The notes: generated from the letters alone by a model not told the origin. A DNA stretch of 43,499 bases from Sulfurimonas sp. (GCF_027056685.1 NZ_JALUKE010000007.1:1-43499); one strand, 5' to 3'. Shown: positions 1 through 10,407, numbered from the stretch's first letter. Translations and numbers: made by a program.

Positions 1-312
1 GTGTATTTGGATGGTAATAAAACAAAAAGTATAGATGGATTTTTGGATGATAGTGTAAAAACTTACAGATACGATAACAGTTACGGCTTTATCCAAAAAG
101 ATCCGGAACCATTTTTTAATGCAGATGGAGTAGAAGAGAGTGTCTGCTTTTCATACACGCTCGACAACAATAAAATAGGTGATCAGGTGTTAATAGAGTA
201 CAAAAATAGGTTTTATGACATGACACCATATTTACAAAATACAGCAGTATATAACTCTATACAGGCAGCACAAGATGCCAAAGAAAATTTAGCAAATGCG
301 GTACTTCGATGA
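1..312 (+). CDS. 3' part of a gene cut by the window edge, probably a T2SS pseudopilin/accessory protein
   Basis: Open frame from position 1; its stop overlaps the gspF start (ATGA); no diagnostic motif visible. Confidence 0.5.
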   Translation: MYLDGNKTKSIDGFLDDSVKTYRYDNSYGFIQKDPEPFFNADGVEESVCFSYTLDNNKIGDQVLIEYKNRFYDMTPYLQNTAVYNSIQAAQDAKENLANAVLR

Positions 313-1523
313 TATTTAGATTTGTAGGCATTGATGCTAATGGAAAAAAGATTAAAGATAAAATAGAAGCACAATCTTTAGCTGAGGCAAAAGCAAAACT
401 CAAAGCAAAAAACATTCTGTATAAAAGTATAGATGAAGAGAGGCCCTCTTTTTTTGATAAGCTAGAGTTTAGTAGAAAGTATAAAATTTCACCACAAGAA
501 CTCTCTGTACTCTCTCGTGAACTCTCTATGTATATCCGTTCTGGTATCACCATAGTATCAGCACTTAAAGTAATAGAGTCTCATTATGAAAAAAATAAAA
601 AAATTAGACTTTTTATAACAACAGTGAGCACCTATCTTGATGAGGGAAAAGATTTTTACTCTGCACTAGAGGAACAAAATGTAGTGGAATTGCCTCTTTT
701 TTTTAAAGAGTCCATAAAAGTCAGTGAAAATGGCGGTCTTTTAGATGAAGTTTTAATGGAACTTTCACGCTTTTTAAAAGAGCAAGATAAAATAAACAAA
801 GAGATAAAGTCTGCGTTTGCTTACCCCTCATTTATGATTGTTGTCTCTCTTTTGATGATAGCATTTATGCTTACTTTTGTGGTTCCTCAAATCACAGGTA
901 TTTTTAAAAGTATGCACCAAACACTCCCTACACCTACTATTGTTGTTATTGCAATGGGTGATTTTTTTAAAAATAATTTCACTTTAATTCTTACAAGCAT
1001 ATTTGTGTTTGTAGCTGCGTTTATATTTATGGTCAAACGCAGCTATAAGTTTGCTTACCGAGTTGATAAGCTTTTACTCAAGTTACCACTCTTTGGAGGC
1101 ATAATTCAAAAGAGTGAATTGGCGCGTTTTTCATATATTGCTTCTTTGCTTACACGCTCTGGCGTTCCTTTTGTGCAAACTGTTAATTTGAGTGCAAATA
1201 TTTTAAATAATCTTGTACTTAAAGAGCTTTTTGTTGATGCCTCAAAAAAGGTAGTGGAGGGAAAACTTCTCTCAAAAGCTCTGAATGAATCTAGTACAAA
1301 GATTGATTATGCTTTTATTCAGTCTATTGCCCTTGGGGAGGAGACCTCTGAAGTTGAGAATGTTTTAACCAATGTCTCCGAACTCTATTTCGAAGAAAAT
1401 CGTGATAAAATAGCAACACTTTTAACCCTGCTTGAGCCTGCACTTATGCTTATTGTCGGTGGTAGTATTGGCTTCATCGTTGCAGCTATGCTTCTGCCTA
1501 TTTTTTCTATGAGTATCCATTAA
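309..1523 (+). CDS. gspF: Type II secretion/type IV pilus platform protein, GspF/PilC family
   Basis: 404 aa; duplicated GspF domain (RELSMYIRSGITI / SLLTRSGVPF), AFAYP and LLEPALM...LLPIF motifs, 3 TM segments. Confidence 0.93.
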   Translation: MIFRFVGIDANGKKIKDKIEAQSLAEAKAKLKAKNILYKSIDEERPSFFDKLEFSRKYKISPQELSVLSRELSMYIRSGITIVSALKVIESHYEKNKKIRLFITTVSTYLDEGKDFYSALEEQNVVELPLFFKESIKVSENGGLLDEVLMELSRFLKEQDKINKEIKSAFAYPSFMIVVSLLMIAFMLTFVVPQITGIFKSMHQTLPTPTIVVIAMGDFFKNNFTLILTSIFVFVAAFIFMVKRSYKFAYRVDKLLLKLPLFGGIIQKSELARFSYIASLLTRSGVPFVQTVNLSANILNNLVLKELFVDASKKVVEGKLLSKALNESSTKIDYAFIQSIALGEETSEVENVLTNVSELYFEENRDKIATLLTLLEPALMLIVGGSIGFIVAAMLLPIFSMSIH

Positions 1524-2437
1524 TGCAGCAGAGAAAAAAGATGAAAAATGCAATTGCATTGATGATTACGCTCTTTTTTGTGATGGCTTTGAGTATTAGT
1601 ATAGGGCTTGGGCTTAAGTATGTAAAAGAGGGTGCTCAAAGTGTAAATCAGGAGAAATTTCTTATTCAAACGCGGAGTGTCTTGGCAGACTTTTTAACAA
1701 TGTTACGCAAGACACCACAACTTACAAGTATAAACTCTGCTGATACGCTTTCACTTTTTCTCTCTGAAGCTTCACTTATTCCCCTAAGCAGTAATGATGT
1801 TAATGTTATTATAAAAATTAGTAGTGCAAGAGATAAAATAAGTCCAGAGATTTTCAATACGAAAGCAAAACGGGATGCTCTTTTAGCCTTTTTATCTACA
1901 AAAGGCGTCAATGTGGACTACCTGAATATACTAGATGATATGATGGGTGGCATAAAAGAGGATGGCTCATACAAGAGTGATATTTTCACCAATAGACCTA
2001 ATCTTTTTAGAAATTATATTGCTTCAAAAAAACAACTTGAAGTTGCAGATAGATTTTATACAGAGACATTTCATGAGCAGAGTCTTCAAAAAATTACGCC
2101 TACAAAGCTTTTTTATACAAGTGCAGAGAGTAATGCCTCAAACTATAAAATGGATTTGAACCATATTAAGCCCATAGCTTGGGAAATGATTTTAGGCTGT
2201 GATAAGCAAAGAGCGGAGACTCTGAGTGCAAACGCAGGTTATTATGCAAATACAAATGACTTGGGACTCAGTGCAGATGAAAATCTCTCTTTGATGCGAT
2301 TTCATCAAAATATTAGTTATTATGAGCCTTTTATTGCAGTTGAAATTACAATTATGAAAGATAATGAGAAAGCTCTAATAAGTTTTGAGTATAATTTAGA
2401 ATCAAAAAAGGGGTCCAATTTTGTTCTGGAAGTTTAA
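1523..2437 (+). CDS. GspK-like minor pseudopilin
   Basis: N-terminus KNAIALMITLFFVMAL is a class III-like helix lacking Glu5, typical of GspK; operon position. Confidence 0.65.
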   Translation: MQQRKKMKNAIALMITLFFVMALSISIGLGLKYVKEGAQSVNQEKFLIQTRSVLADFLTMLRKTPQLTSINSADTLSLFLSEASLIPLSSNDVNVIIKISSARDKISPEIFNTKAKRDALLAFLSTKGVNVDYLNILDDMMGGIKEDGSYKSDIFTNRPNLFRNYIASKKQLEVADRFYTETFHEQSLQKITPTKLFYTSAESNASNYKMDLNHIKPIAWEMILGCDKQRAETLSANAGYYANTNDLGLSADENLSLMRFHQNISYYEPFIAVEITIMKDNEKALISFEYNLESKKGSNFVLEV

Positions 2438-3350
2438 AAGGCAGGTCGATACAGTTTTTGTAGATACTAACTCTGCTGATTTTCATATTGAGAGTAGTGT
2501 CAATGTTATTTTATCACCCTCTTTATACTGGGTAAAAAAAGTTTCTTTACCTCTGCAATCCCTGCGTGAAGTGAAGCCGCTGTTAGAATCACTCTTTGAA
2601 GATATGCTTCCTGAGGGAAGATACAGCTATGAAGCTTATAAATTTGGTGAAGAGTATTTTATTTTTGCTTATGAAGATAAATATATTTTAGATCTGTTAG
2701 CACAAAAAGGAGTACCAGCTTCGAAAATTAATGGCGTCTATTTCGCTCAAAATGAGTTTTTACATTTAGAAGAGGCAAAAAAGATAGATGAAAGTGAAGT
2801 AATACTTGTCAAAGATGATATAGTTATTCTTTTACCTGCAAAGTTTAGCACTGCACAAAATATGCTTGATGTTACAGAGATAAAACTCTCAAAACATAGA
2901 ATAACACTCAAGCAATTTGGGCACATTCTTAATGCAAAGAGCCTCTATACTATAGTGGCACTTTTTGTAGTATTATTACTGCTTGTTGGAAGTGAGTATA
3001 TTATTACTCTCAATAAAATAGATAAACTCCAAACGCAGCGAGATAATATATTTCATAAATATGCACTCAAACCTACCATGATGCAAAACCGTTCGCTTTT
3101 AAAGGGCTATGAAGAGAGCTATAAAAGACAAATGCAGTTAAGAAAAGTTCTAGCAGTTGTGCTTGGTATGCATCTAAAATCTATGCATAAAGTGAAATTT
3201 ATTGCCTATAAAAATAGAAAAGTCACACTGCGTTATAGTGGTCTCAAAAAAGGCGATGAGGGTTATATTGAAACTTATTTCAGAGCTAAAAGTCTGAATT
3301 ATAGTGCGAAGTATAAGAACAATATCTGGTATGTGGAGGTGAAATTATGA
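2421..3350 (+). CDS. GspL-like inner-membrane assembly protein
   Basis: Cytoplasmic N-domain, single TM (about aa 175-197), periplasmic coiled region; follows the K-like gene. Confidence 0.6.
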   Translation: MFWKFKRQVDTVFVDTNSADFHIESSVNVILSPSLYWVKKVSLPLQSLREVKPLLESLFEDMLPEGRYSYEAYKFGEEYFIFAYEDKYILDLLAQKGVPASKINGVYFAQNEFLHLEEAKKIDESEVILVKDDIVILLPAKFSTAQNMLDVTEIKLSKHRITLKQFGHILNAKSLYTIVALFVVLLLLVGSEYIITLNKIDKLQTQRDNIFHKYALKPTMMQNRSLLKGYEESYKRQMQLRKVLAVVLGMHLKSMHKVKFIAYKNRKVTLRYSGLKKGDEGYIETYFRAKSLNYSAKYKNNIWYVEVKL

Positions 3351-3754
3351 ATCGTGTAAATCCTTTACACATAATTATTTTACTTATTGTTCTTTTGACT
3401 TTTGTAATGTTGAAGCTAAACGCAGCTAAAGAAGAACTTGTAGATACAAAGTCTTCTTATAATCAAACAGTTGTTTTAGCAGATAAAATAAAAGGGTTAA
3501 AATCAAGCTATTTTAATAAAACAAAAGTGCAAAGAACAATAAATAAAATATTGAGAAGTTCTACATTAAGGGCTTCAAATATTAGTAAAAAGGTGACAAA
3601 CTCCTCCATTTTACTGACATCAAAAAATATGAACATTCATTCACTAAACTTTTTGCTTGGTAAAATTTTGAATGGTAATTACATTGTCAGTGAGTTGCAA
3701 ATTAAGCAGCTAAGTGATAAAAAAGCATCTTTGCAATTGGAGATAAAATGGTAA
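3347..3754 (+). CDS. GspM-like protein
   Basis: 135 aa; N-terminal TM, coiled coil, small C-terminal domain; follows the L-like gene. Confidence 0.55.
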   Translation: MNRVNPLHIIILLIVLLTFVMLKLNAAKEELVDTKSSYNQTVVLADKIKGLKSSYFNKTKVQRTINKILRSSTLRASNISKKVTNSSILLTSKNMNIHSLNFLLGKILNGNYIVSELQIKQLSDKKASLQLEIKW

Positions 3755-4278
3755 AAATAGTAAGATTTTTTGCATATATGCTATTTTTTATTGTGGCTTT
3801 GATGTACTTTATGCCAAAAGAGAGTATCTACTTCCTTGCAGAAAAACAGTTGCAGAAGTATCATGTTGTGATTGCGCATGAAAGTGTCAAAGAGAGAGGT
3901 CTCTCTCTTGAGTTACGCCATCTTGATGTGTATGTAGAGTCAATTCAGAGTGCTAAAATAGGAGAAGTTGATATATCTCTTTTTGGTCTTTATAATGAAG
4001 TTAAGGCGAATAATATTGAACTTTCAACTGCTGTCGCTTCGATGTTACCTACAAAAATAGAGAGTGTCACTATAAAATACTCAATACTTAACCCTTTGAA
4101 TGTAACGCTAAACGCAGTGGGTGCTTTTGGAACTCTTCATGGCGAGGCAAATATAAAAGAGAGAAAAATCATAGCAGAGTTAAAGCCCTCTTCTTTGATG
4201 AAAAGAAAATATAGATCAGCTTTGCGCAATTTTAAAAAGCAAGCCAATGGGGAGTATGAATATGTCCAAAGTTTCTAA
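3748..4278 (+). CDS. GspN-like protein
   Basis: N-terminal TM ending in MP, beta-rich periplasmic part; operon position. Confidence 0.5.
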   Translation: MVKIVRFFAYMLFFIVALMYFMPKESIYFLAEKQLQKYHVVIAHESVKERGLSLELRHLDVYVESIQSAKIGEVDISLFGLYNEVKANNIELSTAVASMLPTKIESVTIKYSILNPLNVTLNAVGAFGTLHGEANIKERKIIAELKPSSLMKRKYRSALRNFKKQANGEYEYVQSF

Positions 4279-5071
4279 CTCTTATTTAAGTATATTTGTC
4301 AAACTGCTTGTTCTTTTAGCATTGGCAAAGTCTATTGCACTTGCTCTTTGGTGGTTTTTGCCAGATGATGGTGTCTCTTTAAAAGAGAATGTAAATTTTA
4401 ATCCTCCTTATCATAGGGTGACTTTTAAAAATATGCTCTTAAATGTAGGCACTTCAAACGCAGTGAAAAACTCTCAAGCACTCCAAGAGAGTAGTATTGG
4501 CATTACAAATATGATTTTAAAAGGATTGTATGGCAATAAGACAAAAGGTTTTATCATCGTAGCGCTTAAATCATCTCCTCAAAAAACTTCAATAGTAGCA
4601 GTGGGAGAGAACTATTCTGGGTATAAATTAAAATCAATACTCAAGGGTGGAGCACTCTTTACGAAAGCTGGTAAAGAGTTTGTACTGAAAATAAAAAGTC
4701 AAAAAAGCAGAACAAATACGCATTCAAGTGTTGTGAGAGTTCAAGAGAGCGAGGGTGTACATGATGTCTCTCGTCAGGATATTCGATATTATGAAAAAAA
4801 TCCTGATCAGATTTGGAAAGACATTTCTATTATGGAGAGAAAAAATGGTAATAAGATTAATGGCTTTCGAGTAACGAGAGTACGCAGAGGTTCAAAAATG
4901 GATAGTTTGGGACTCAAGCGTGGAGATGTTATAATTAGAGCAAATAATGTAGATTTAAACTCCTATAAGGCTGCGTTTGATTTATATAAAGATATTAATA
5001 AAATAGATACACTGCAACTGGTGGTGTTAAGAGATAATGAAGAGAAGGAATTGGTATATGAAATTCATTAA
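4262..5071 (+). CDS. gspC: GspC-like protein with C-terminal PDZ domain
   Basis: TM, HR-like domain (LKGLYG...VGENYSGYKL), PDZ signature GFRV...LGLKRGDVIIRAN...VLRD; ATG at 4262 has GGAG 7 nt upstream. Confidence 0.8.
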   Translation: MSKVSNSYLSIFVKLLVLLALAKSIALALWWFLPDDGVSLKENVNFNPPYHRVTFKNMLLNVGTSNAVKNSQALQESSIGITNMILKGLYGNKTKGFIIVALKSSPQKTSIVAVGENYSGYKLKSILKGGALFTKAGKEFVLKIKSQKSRTNTHSSVVRVQESEGVHDVSRQDIRYYEKNPDQIWKDISIMERKNGNKINGFRVTRVRRGSKMDSLGLKRGDVIIRANNVDLNSYKAAFDLYKDINKIDTLQLVVLRDNEEKELVYEIH

Positions 5072-6896
5072 AATAACTTTTTTGGTGCTGGCTTTGAGTA
5101 TAAGCCTTTTTGCAAGAGAACAGGTCAATGTCAGCTTTTCTAATTTAGCTGTCAATGATTTTATAAAGCTAATTTCTAAAATTACAAATAAAAATATTTT
5201 AATAAATAATAAAATAAATGGCACAGTAGATTTTGTAAGTACAAGCCCAATATATGATGATGAACTGATGGGAATTTTGATTGCTGTTTTAGAGTCAAAA
5301 GGTTATACTCTTGTACAAAATGGCTCTATTTATGAAGTTGTGCGTGCAACAGAAGCTGCAAAACATAATGTAAAAGTAATCTCAAGCTATAAAAATGCTT
5401 CAGGTTCATTGATGGTAACACAGGCAATAAGAGTACATAATGAGAATGTAGATATTGTTGCTGCAAAAATTCGCTATCTTATCTCGAAGACCGCAAAACT
5501 TATGACAATGAGAGAGAGTAATACACTTCTTATTACAGATTATCCAAAAAATATTAAGACAATTAAAGAAGTTATAAATAATCTTGAAATGCGTAAAGAA
5601 CGGGTTGTAAAGATTATTGAGCTAAAGAATACTGAAGCAAAAAAACTGCAATCACATATTAATGAAATAGCAAAGTCCATTTTTAATACTAAAGTAGTTT
5701 CACAAAATGTTAAAGTTTTATTAGATACAAATATTAATGGTTTGATCTTAATAGGGAATAAAAGAAATGTTGCTATTTTGGAAAAACTTATAAAAAAACT
5801 TGATATTGAATCGAATGTTAATAAAACTGTAAAGATATTTGAGCTAAAAAATTCTGATGCTAAAGCAGTGTTGAAAAATTTGAATGATATTGTCGCTAAA
5901 CAGGTCTTTTCAGATCCAAGTCTTAAGCCAAATCTCTCCGCAAGTGAAGAGATAAACGCAGTGATTGTTGTTGGTGATCCTACTATTATTAAAGGTATTA
6001 AACTTATTATTGATGAACTTGATAAAGAGAAGTATCAGGTCTATGTACAGGCAAGAATTATAGAAATAAATAAAGATAATGCTGTTAATTTGGGTGTGCG
6101 TTATGGTTTTGATGGTGCAGCACTGAGTGCTGAGGGACTCTACTCATTAGCTGCAAATTTTGGTGGCGCTCCTGTTCAAGGTATTGTAGGAAATGCACTA
6201 GCATCTTCTCTTGTAGGGAGTGGTGTCGCACAAGGCTTTGCACTTGGTGCGGCAGTTGATTTTCTTGAGACAAATGGTGCTTCAAAATCAATTTCAAATC
6301 CTTCTATTTTATGTGTAAACAATAAAGAATCTTCCATCTATGTAGGAAAAACTATATCGGTCTCAACAGGGACAGTTACATCAACTACAGGACTAACGGG
6401 ACTTACAAGTAGTTACAAACGAGAAGATGTTGGTTTGACACTTACTATAAAACCGCGTGTTTCATCAAATGATAAAGTGACTTTAGATGTAAGCGTTGTA
6501 TTAGAAAACATACTTGATGATGGCTCTAAAAATGTGACTGGACAGCCTGTAACATCAAAACAAGAGGTGAAAACACAGGCAATTTTACGACATGGGGAGA
6601 GCATTATTATTGGAGGGCTTGTGAAAAATTATGAGAGAGACTCTGTAAGTAAAGTCCCTCTACTTGGTGATATTCCTTTGATTGGAAGCTGGCTCTTCTC
6701 ATCAAAAGCAAAGACTAAAGAACAAGATAACCTAGTGGTTATTCTCACTCCTTATGTGATAGATAAAAGTGAAAAACTCTCTAAACTACAAAAAGATTTA
6801 GGACTTCTTGCAAAAATGCAAAAGAGTTATGATAAAGAAGTTTTTCAAGAGATAAAAAACAAAAAGTTAGAGGTAAAGTCTGATGCTAAACCTTGA
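5058..6896 (+). CDS. gspD: Type II secretion secretin GspD
   Basis: Signal peptide, N0-N3 repeats, secretin motifs QVYVQARIIE, REDVGLTLTIKP, KVPLLGDIPLIG; start at ATG 5058 after AAGGA. Confidence 0.93.
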   Translation: MKFIKITFLVLALSISLFAREQVNVSFSNLAVNDFIKLISKITNKNILINNKINGTVDFVSTSPIYDDELMGILIAVLESKGYTLVQNGSIYEVVRATEAAKHNVKVISSYKNASGSLMVTQAIRVHNENVDIVAAKIRYLISKTAKLMTMRESNTLLITDYPKNIKTIKEVINNLEMRKERVVKIIELKNTEAKKLQSHINEIAKSIFNTKVVSQNVKVLLDTNINGLILIGNKRNVAILEKLIKKLDIESNVNKTVKIFELKNSDAKAVLKNLNDIVAKQVFSDPSLKPNLSASEEINAVIVVGDPTIIKGIKLIIDELDKEKYQVYVQARIIEINKDNAVNLGVRYGFDGAALSAEGLYSLAANFGGAPVQGIVGNALASSLVGSGVAQGFALGAAVDFLETNGASKSISNPSILCVNNKESSIYVGKTISVSTGTVTSTTGLTGLTSSYKREDVGLTLTIKPRVSSNDKVTLDVSVVLENILDDGSKNVTGQPVTSKQEVKTQAILRHGESIIIGGLVKNYERDSVSKVPLLGDIPLIGSWLFSSKAKTKEQDNLVVILTPYVIDKSEKLSKLQKDLGLLAKMQKSYDKEVFQEIKNKKLEVKSDAKP

Positions 6897-8400
6897 GACT
6901 ATGCATAATCTGGATTTAGATACTTATGAACCAAAAGAGCTTCATACTGAGATAAATCTTAAAAATTACCTGCTTTTTAGTAAACTCAATGATGAAGTAA
7001 GTGCCTTTGTTTGTGAGCGATACTTGACAGAGGCCAGTAACTACTACACAAAACTTCCAAGTAAGTACCCTCTTTATATGCTTGATGAAGACTCTTACGA
7101 TAGGCTCTATAACCGCTTCTTAGAACTAAGAACAGATAAAACCATGGAGAGTATGCAAGAAGATTCTGCTGAGATGGAAGATGAAGAGGACATCTCTTTA
7201 ACAGATTTTCTGCGTACCTCTTCCGATATTTTAACGAGTGAAGAGTCTGCTCCTATTATCAAGTTTGTCAATGCTCTTTTTTATCAGGCGGTTAAGAAGC
7301 GGGCTTCTGATATTCACATAGAGGTACAAGAAAAACGGGGTGAAGTTCGTTTTCGTATTGATGGTATGCTTGTTAAAAATGCAGATTTAGATAGAAAAGT
7401 TGTTAATCTTATTGTAAGTCGTATTAAGGTTATTTCAAATCTTGATATTTCAGAGAAACGAATCCCTCAAGATGGACGAACGCAAATTAAAATAGCAGGA
7501 GAAACACTTGATATTAGGGTTTCTGTACTGCCTACTTTTTATGGTGAAAGAGTTGTTATGCGACTCTTGATGAAAAGCTCTCAAATTCCAAATATAAATG
7601 AACTCGGATTTCATCCATCTGTTATTGGTGAAATTCAAAAGCTACTGCGTTTATCACATGGTATTATTCTCGTTACTGGACCAACAGGCAGCGGAAAAAC
7701 AACCTCCTTACACTCTTTTTTAAGAGAAGTCGAAGACCCCAGTAAAAATGTCATTACCGTTGAAGATCCTGTGGAGTACAAATCAAACTCTATTTCGCAA
7801 ATTCAGGTAAATGAGAAGGCAGGGCTTACTTTTGCATCGGCTCTTCGTTCTATTTTAAGGCAAGATCCCGATGTCATTATGATAGGGGAGATTCGTGATG
7901 AAGAGACAGCAGATATTGCTGTGCGTGCAGCTTTAACTGGGCATTTAGTTTTTTCCACTCTGCATACAAATTCCGCTACAGCGACCATTGCCCGTTTAGC
8001 AGATATGGGAATAGAACCTTTTTTAATCTCCTCTTCAATTCTTGGTATTTTAGCACAACGACTTGTCCGTGTCCTTTGTAATGAGTGTAAGGAGGAGGAT
8101 ACTTTGGCTGAAGAATTTGCTAATGATTATGCCATCTCTCCAGACGCAGTAATATATAAAGCCAAAGGGTGTAAAGCGTGCAACTATACAGGATTTAAAG
8201 GAAGACGCTCTATTGGTGAGCTTGTTGTTATGAATGATAAAATTAAAAATATTTTAAAAACAACAACAGATGAGTACACCATAAAAACAGCACTCAAAGA
8301 GGATGGTCTTAAAACTCTTGCAATGCAGTTAAAAGAGATGCTTTTAGATGGTGAGACATCCTTAGATGAGGCTATTCGAATCGGTTTAGGTGATGAGTAA
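6883..8400 (+). CDS. gspE: Type II secretion ATPase, GspE/PulE family
   Basis: ASDIH, Walker A GPTGSGKT, TVEDPVE, LRQDPDVIMIGEIRD, His box TGHLVFSTLH, CxxC...CxxC zinc motif. Confidence 0.95.
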   Translation: MLNLETMHNLDLDTYEPKELHTEINLKNYLLFSKLNDEVSAFVCERYLTEASNYYTKLPSKYPLYMLDEDSYDRLYNRFLELRTDKTMESMQEDSAEMEDEEDISLTDFLRTSSDILTSEESAPIIKFVNALFYQAVKKRASDIHIEVQEKRGEVRFRIDGMLVKNADLDRKVVNLIVSRIKVISNLDISEKRIPQDGRTQIKIAGETLDIRVSVLPTFYGERVVMRLLMKSSQIPNINELGFHPSVIGEIQKLLRLSHGIILVTGPTGSGKTTSLHSFLREVEDPSKNVITVEDPVEYKSNSISQIQVNEKAGLTFASALRSILRQDPDVIMIGEIRDEETADIAVRAALTGHLVFSTLHTNSATATIARLADMGIEPFLISSSILGILAQRLVRVLCNECKEEDTLAEEFANDYAISPDAVIYKAKGCKACNYTGFKGRRSIGELVVMNDKIKNILKTTTDEYTIKTALKEDGLKTLAMQLKEMLLDGETSLDEAIRIGLGDE

Positions 8401-8818
8401 AAAGAGTTACAGGGCTGCGTTTACACTTATTGAAGTGATGATAGCTGTAATGATTATTTCCGTCGTTATTTTAGCCCTTATGCGTATGTACTCTAACGAT
8501 ACTTATCTCTTTGCATCTTACAAAAAAGAGTCTCATGTAAGTGACTATGCCTCTTTTTTAATAGCAAACAAAGATTTTGGGCTTGAAAATAAAAATATCT
8601 CTTTGTATGATTTAGTAAGTGATTTTGATATAGAAAATAGTTTAAGACGCACACTTAAAGCACAAAAGGTAGATGTGATTTATAAAGTTTTAAAAACTAT
8701 GGATTTGAGTGAAGAGTCCAATACAACTGCCCCACAAATGTCACTAGAGATAGGGCAATCAGTTGTGCGTCTTCATAAAGGTGCATCTACTGCATTACTG
8801 AGGTTACAACTACGATGA
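8393..8818 (+). CDS. Minor pseudopilin, GspI-like
   Basis: Prepilin motif AA/FTLIEVMIAV. Confidence 0.75.
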   Translation: MSKKSYRAAFTLIEVMIAVMIISVVILALMRMYSNDTYLFASYKKESHVSDYASFLIANKDFGLENKNISLYDLVSDFDIENSLRRTLKAQKVDVIYKVLKTMDLSEESNTTAPQMSLEIGQSVVRLHKGASTALLRLQLR

Positions 8819-9342
8819 GAAGATTACGCGCTGCTTTTACTTTAATTGAGATGCTTATAGCTGTGAGTATTTTTTCCATTATGATGCTCTATCTCTATAA
8901 AACATACTCCACTTTAAATATTTCAAATGCAAATTTAAAAGGGGAAGTTTCAAAAATTCAAAAAATTCAAAAAATTAAGAAGCTTATTTTTCTCGATTTT
9001 ACCCTTGCAATTTATAATCCAAGAGATATGATTACAATTGATAATCGTGAGAAAAATGAGGATTTTGTTGTGTTGCAAACCTCACACTCTGTACATAGAC
9101 GAATAAATCCTTATGTGACTTATATGGTTAAAAATAAAAAGCTCTATAGATTAGAGTCTTTAAAAAAGTTTACAAGTTATGAGTTGCCAAGTGACGCTGC
9201 GTTTGATATTGATGAATTAGGAGAGGTAAAAAGTTTTAGAGTATATAAAACAACAAAGAAAACGCAAAGTTATCTTGTTGCTATTGATTTTAAATCAATG
9301 GATGACATTTTACTAAAAGTCAATCCATTGAACGAGTATTAA
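8815..9342 (+). CDS. Minor pseudopilin, GspJ-like
   Basis: Prepilin motif [12 protein letters not shown]; V.Y....KLYR pattern typical of GspJ. Confidence 0.75.
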   Translation: MRRLRAAFTLIEMLIAVSIFSIMMLYLYKTYSTLNISNANLKGEVSKIQKIQKIKKLIFLDFTLAIYNPRDMITIDNREKNEDFVVLQTSHSVHRRINPYVTYMVKNKKLYRLESLKKFTSYELPSDAAFDIDELGEVKSFRVYKTTKKTQSYLVAIDFKSMDDILLKVNPLNEY

Positions 9343-10106
9343 AACTCTAAACAGTCCGCAATTGAGTAGAGACCATTCTCTTGAGTGCTTAACCATTTTG
9401 CTGCTCTAATTGCACCTTTTGAAAAAGTGTTTCTTGAAGTTGCTGTGTGGTTGAGTTCTATAAACTCTCCATCATTGTAAAAGCCAACAGTATGTCTGCC
9501 TACAATGTCCCCACCACGAAGTGCCATTACTGCGATTTCATCTTTAGTTCTCTCACCTATGTTGCCATCTCTTCCACTTACTCGTACTTTATTGATGTCA
9601 AGATTACGCCCAGCAGCAGCAGATTCACTGAGTGTAAGTGCTGTTCCACTTGGCGCATCTTTTTTATGACGGTGGTGCATCTCTACAATCTCAATATCAA
9701 AATCTTTGAGTGCTGCTGAAGCTTGATAAACAAGTTTGTTTAAAAGTGCCACACCAAGAGACATATTTGTAGCGTATAAAACAGGCATCAACTCACTTGC
9801 CTGTTTTAAAAGATTTAACTGATGGTTGTTAAGCCCAGTAGTACCAATAACCAATGGTTTTGGATTTTTAATAGCCTCTTCAAGAAGCATTTCACACGCC
9901 TCAGGAAGTGAAAAATCTATAATAATATCAGCTGCGTTTATAAATGAGTGCATATCTGATGTAACAAGAACAGAAGGGTCAATTGCAAAGTCTAAAGAGT
10001 TACGCACAAAAACAGTGCTAAGACTCATATCTTCTGTAGATTTTAAATCCTCGATTAATAATTTTCCAACACGCCCACTAGCGCCAAAAACACCTACTTT
10101 TATCAT
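9339..10106 (-). CDS. dapB: 4-hydroxy-tetrahydrodipicolinate reductase
   Basis: [31 protein letters not shown] catalytic motif. Confidence 0.97.
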   Translation of the reverse strand: MIKVGVFGASGRVGKLLIEDLKSTEDMSLSTVFVRNSLDFAIDPSVLVTSDMHSFINAADIIIDFSLPEACEMLLEEAIKNPKPLVIGTTGLNNHQLNLLKQASELMPVLYATNMSLGVALLNKLVYQASAALKDFDIEIVEMHHRHKKDAPSGTALTLSESAAAGRNLDINKVRVSGRDGNIGERTKDEIAVMALRGGDIVGRHTVGFYNDGEFIELNHTATSRNTFSKGAIRAAKWLSTQENGLYSIADCLEF

Positions 10107-10138
10107 TTTAAACCTTCTTTAATTTTTATTTTTTGTAT

Positions 10139-10407
10139 TAAGTGCCTGATCATAATAAATGTCATATTTAACAACACTTAAAAGGTTTAGATTCAAGGCA
10201 AACTTTGGTTGGCGATACTAGTATCGTTAGCCTAAGTTTAACGAAGAAGATAATCCTTTTAAGTGTTGCCCTTCGGGTGAAGAAAGAAAACACAATCTAC
10301 TTCGTTAAAAATTCTTGAAGCTACCAGTAGCTCCTACGAATTCTCGCCTTGTATCTTATGGTTTCTTTCTTCATTGAATTATGACATTCATTATGGTCAG
10401 GCACTTA
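10139..10407. mobile_element. 269-bp non-autonomous MITE/ERIC-like palindromic element
   Basis: 28-bp terminal inverted repeats (10139-10166, 10380-10407; 2 mismatches) with TA at both ends; two internal long hairpins; no ORF. Confidence 0.75.

Noticed and set aside
8949-8976. Short TCAAAAA(A)T repeats (KIQKIQKI) in the GspJ-like gene
   Set aside because: Low-complexity, only about three imperfect units, frame intact
10139-10407. Element as a lysine riboswitch upstream of dapB or as a tRNA
   Set aside because: No recognisable lysine riboswitch core or cloverleaf; terminal inverted repeats with TA ends fit a MITE better
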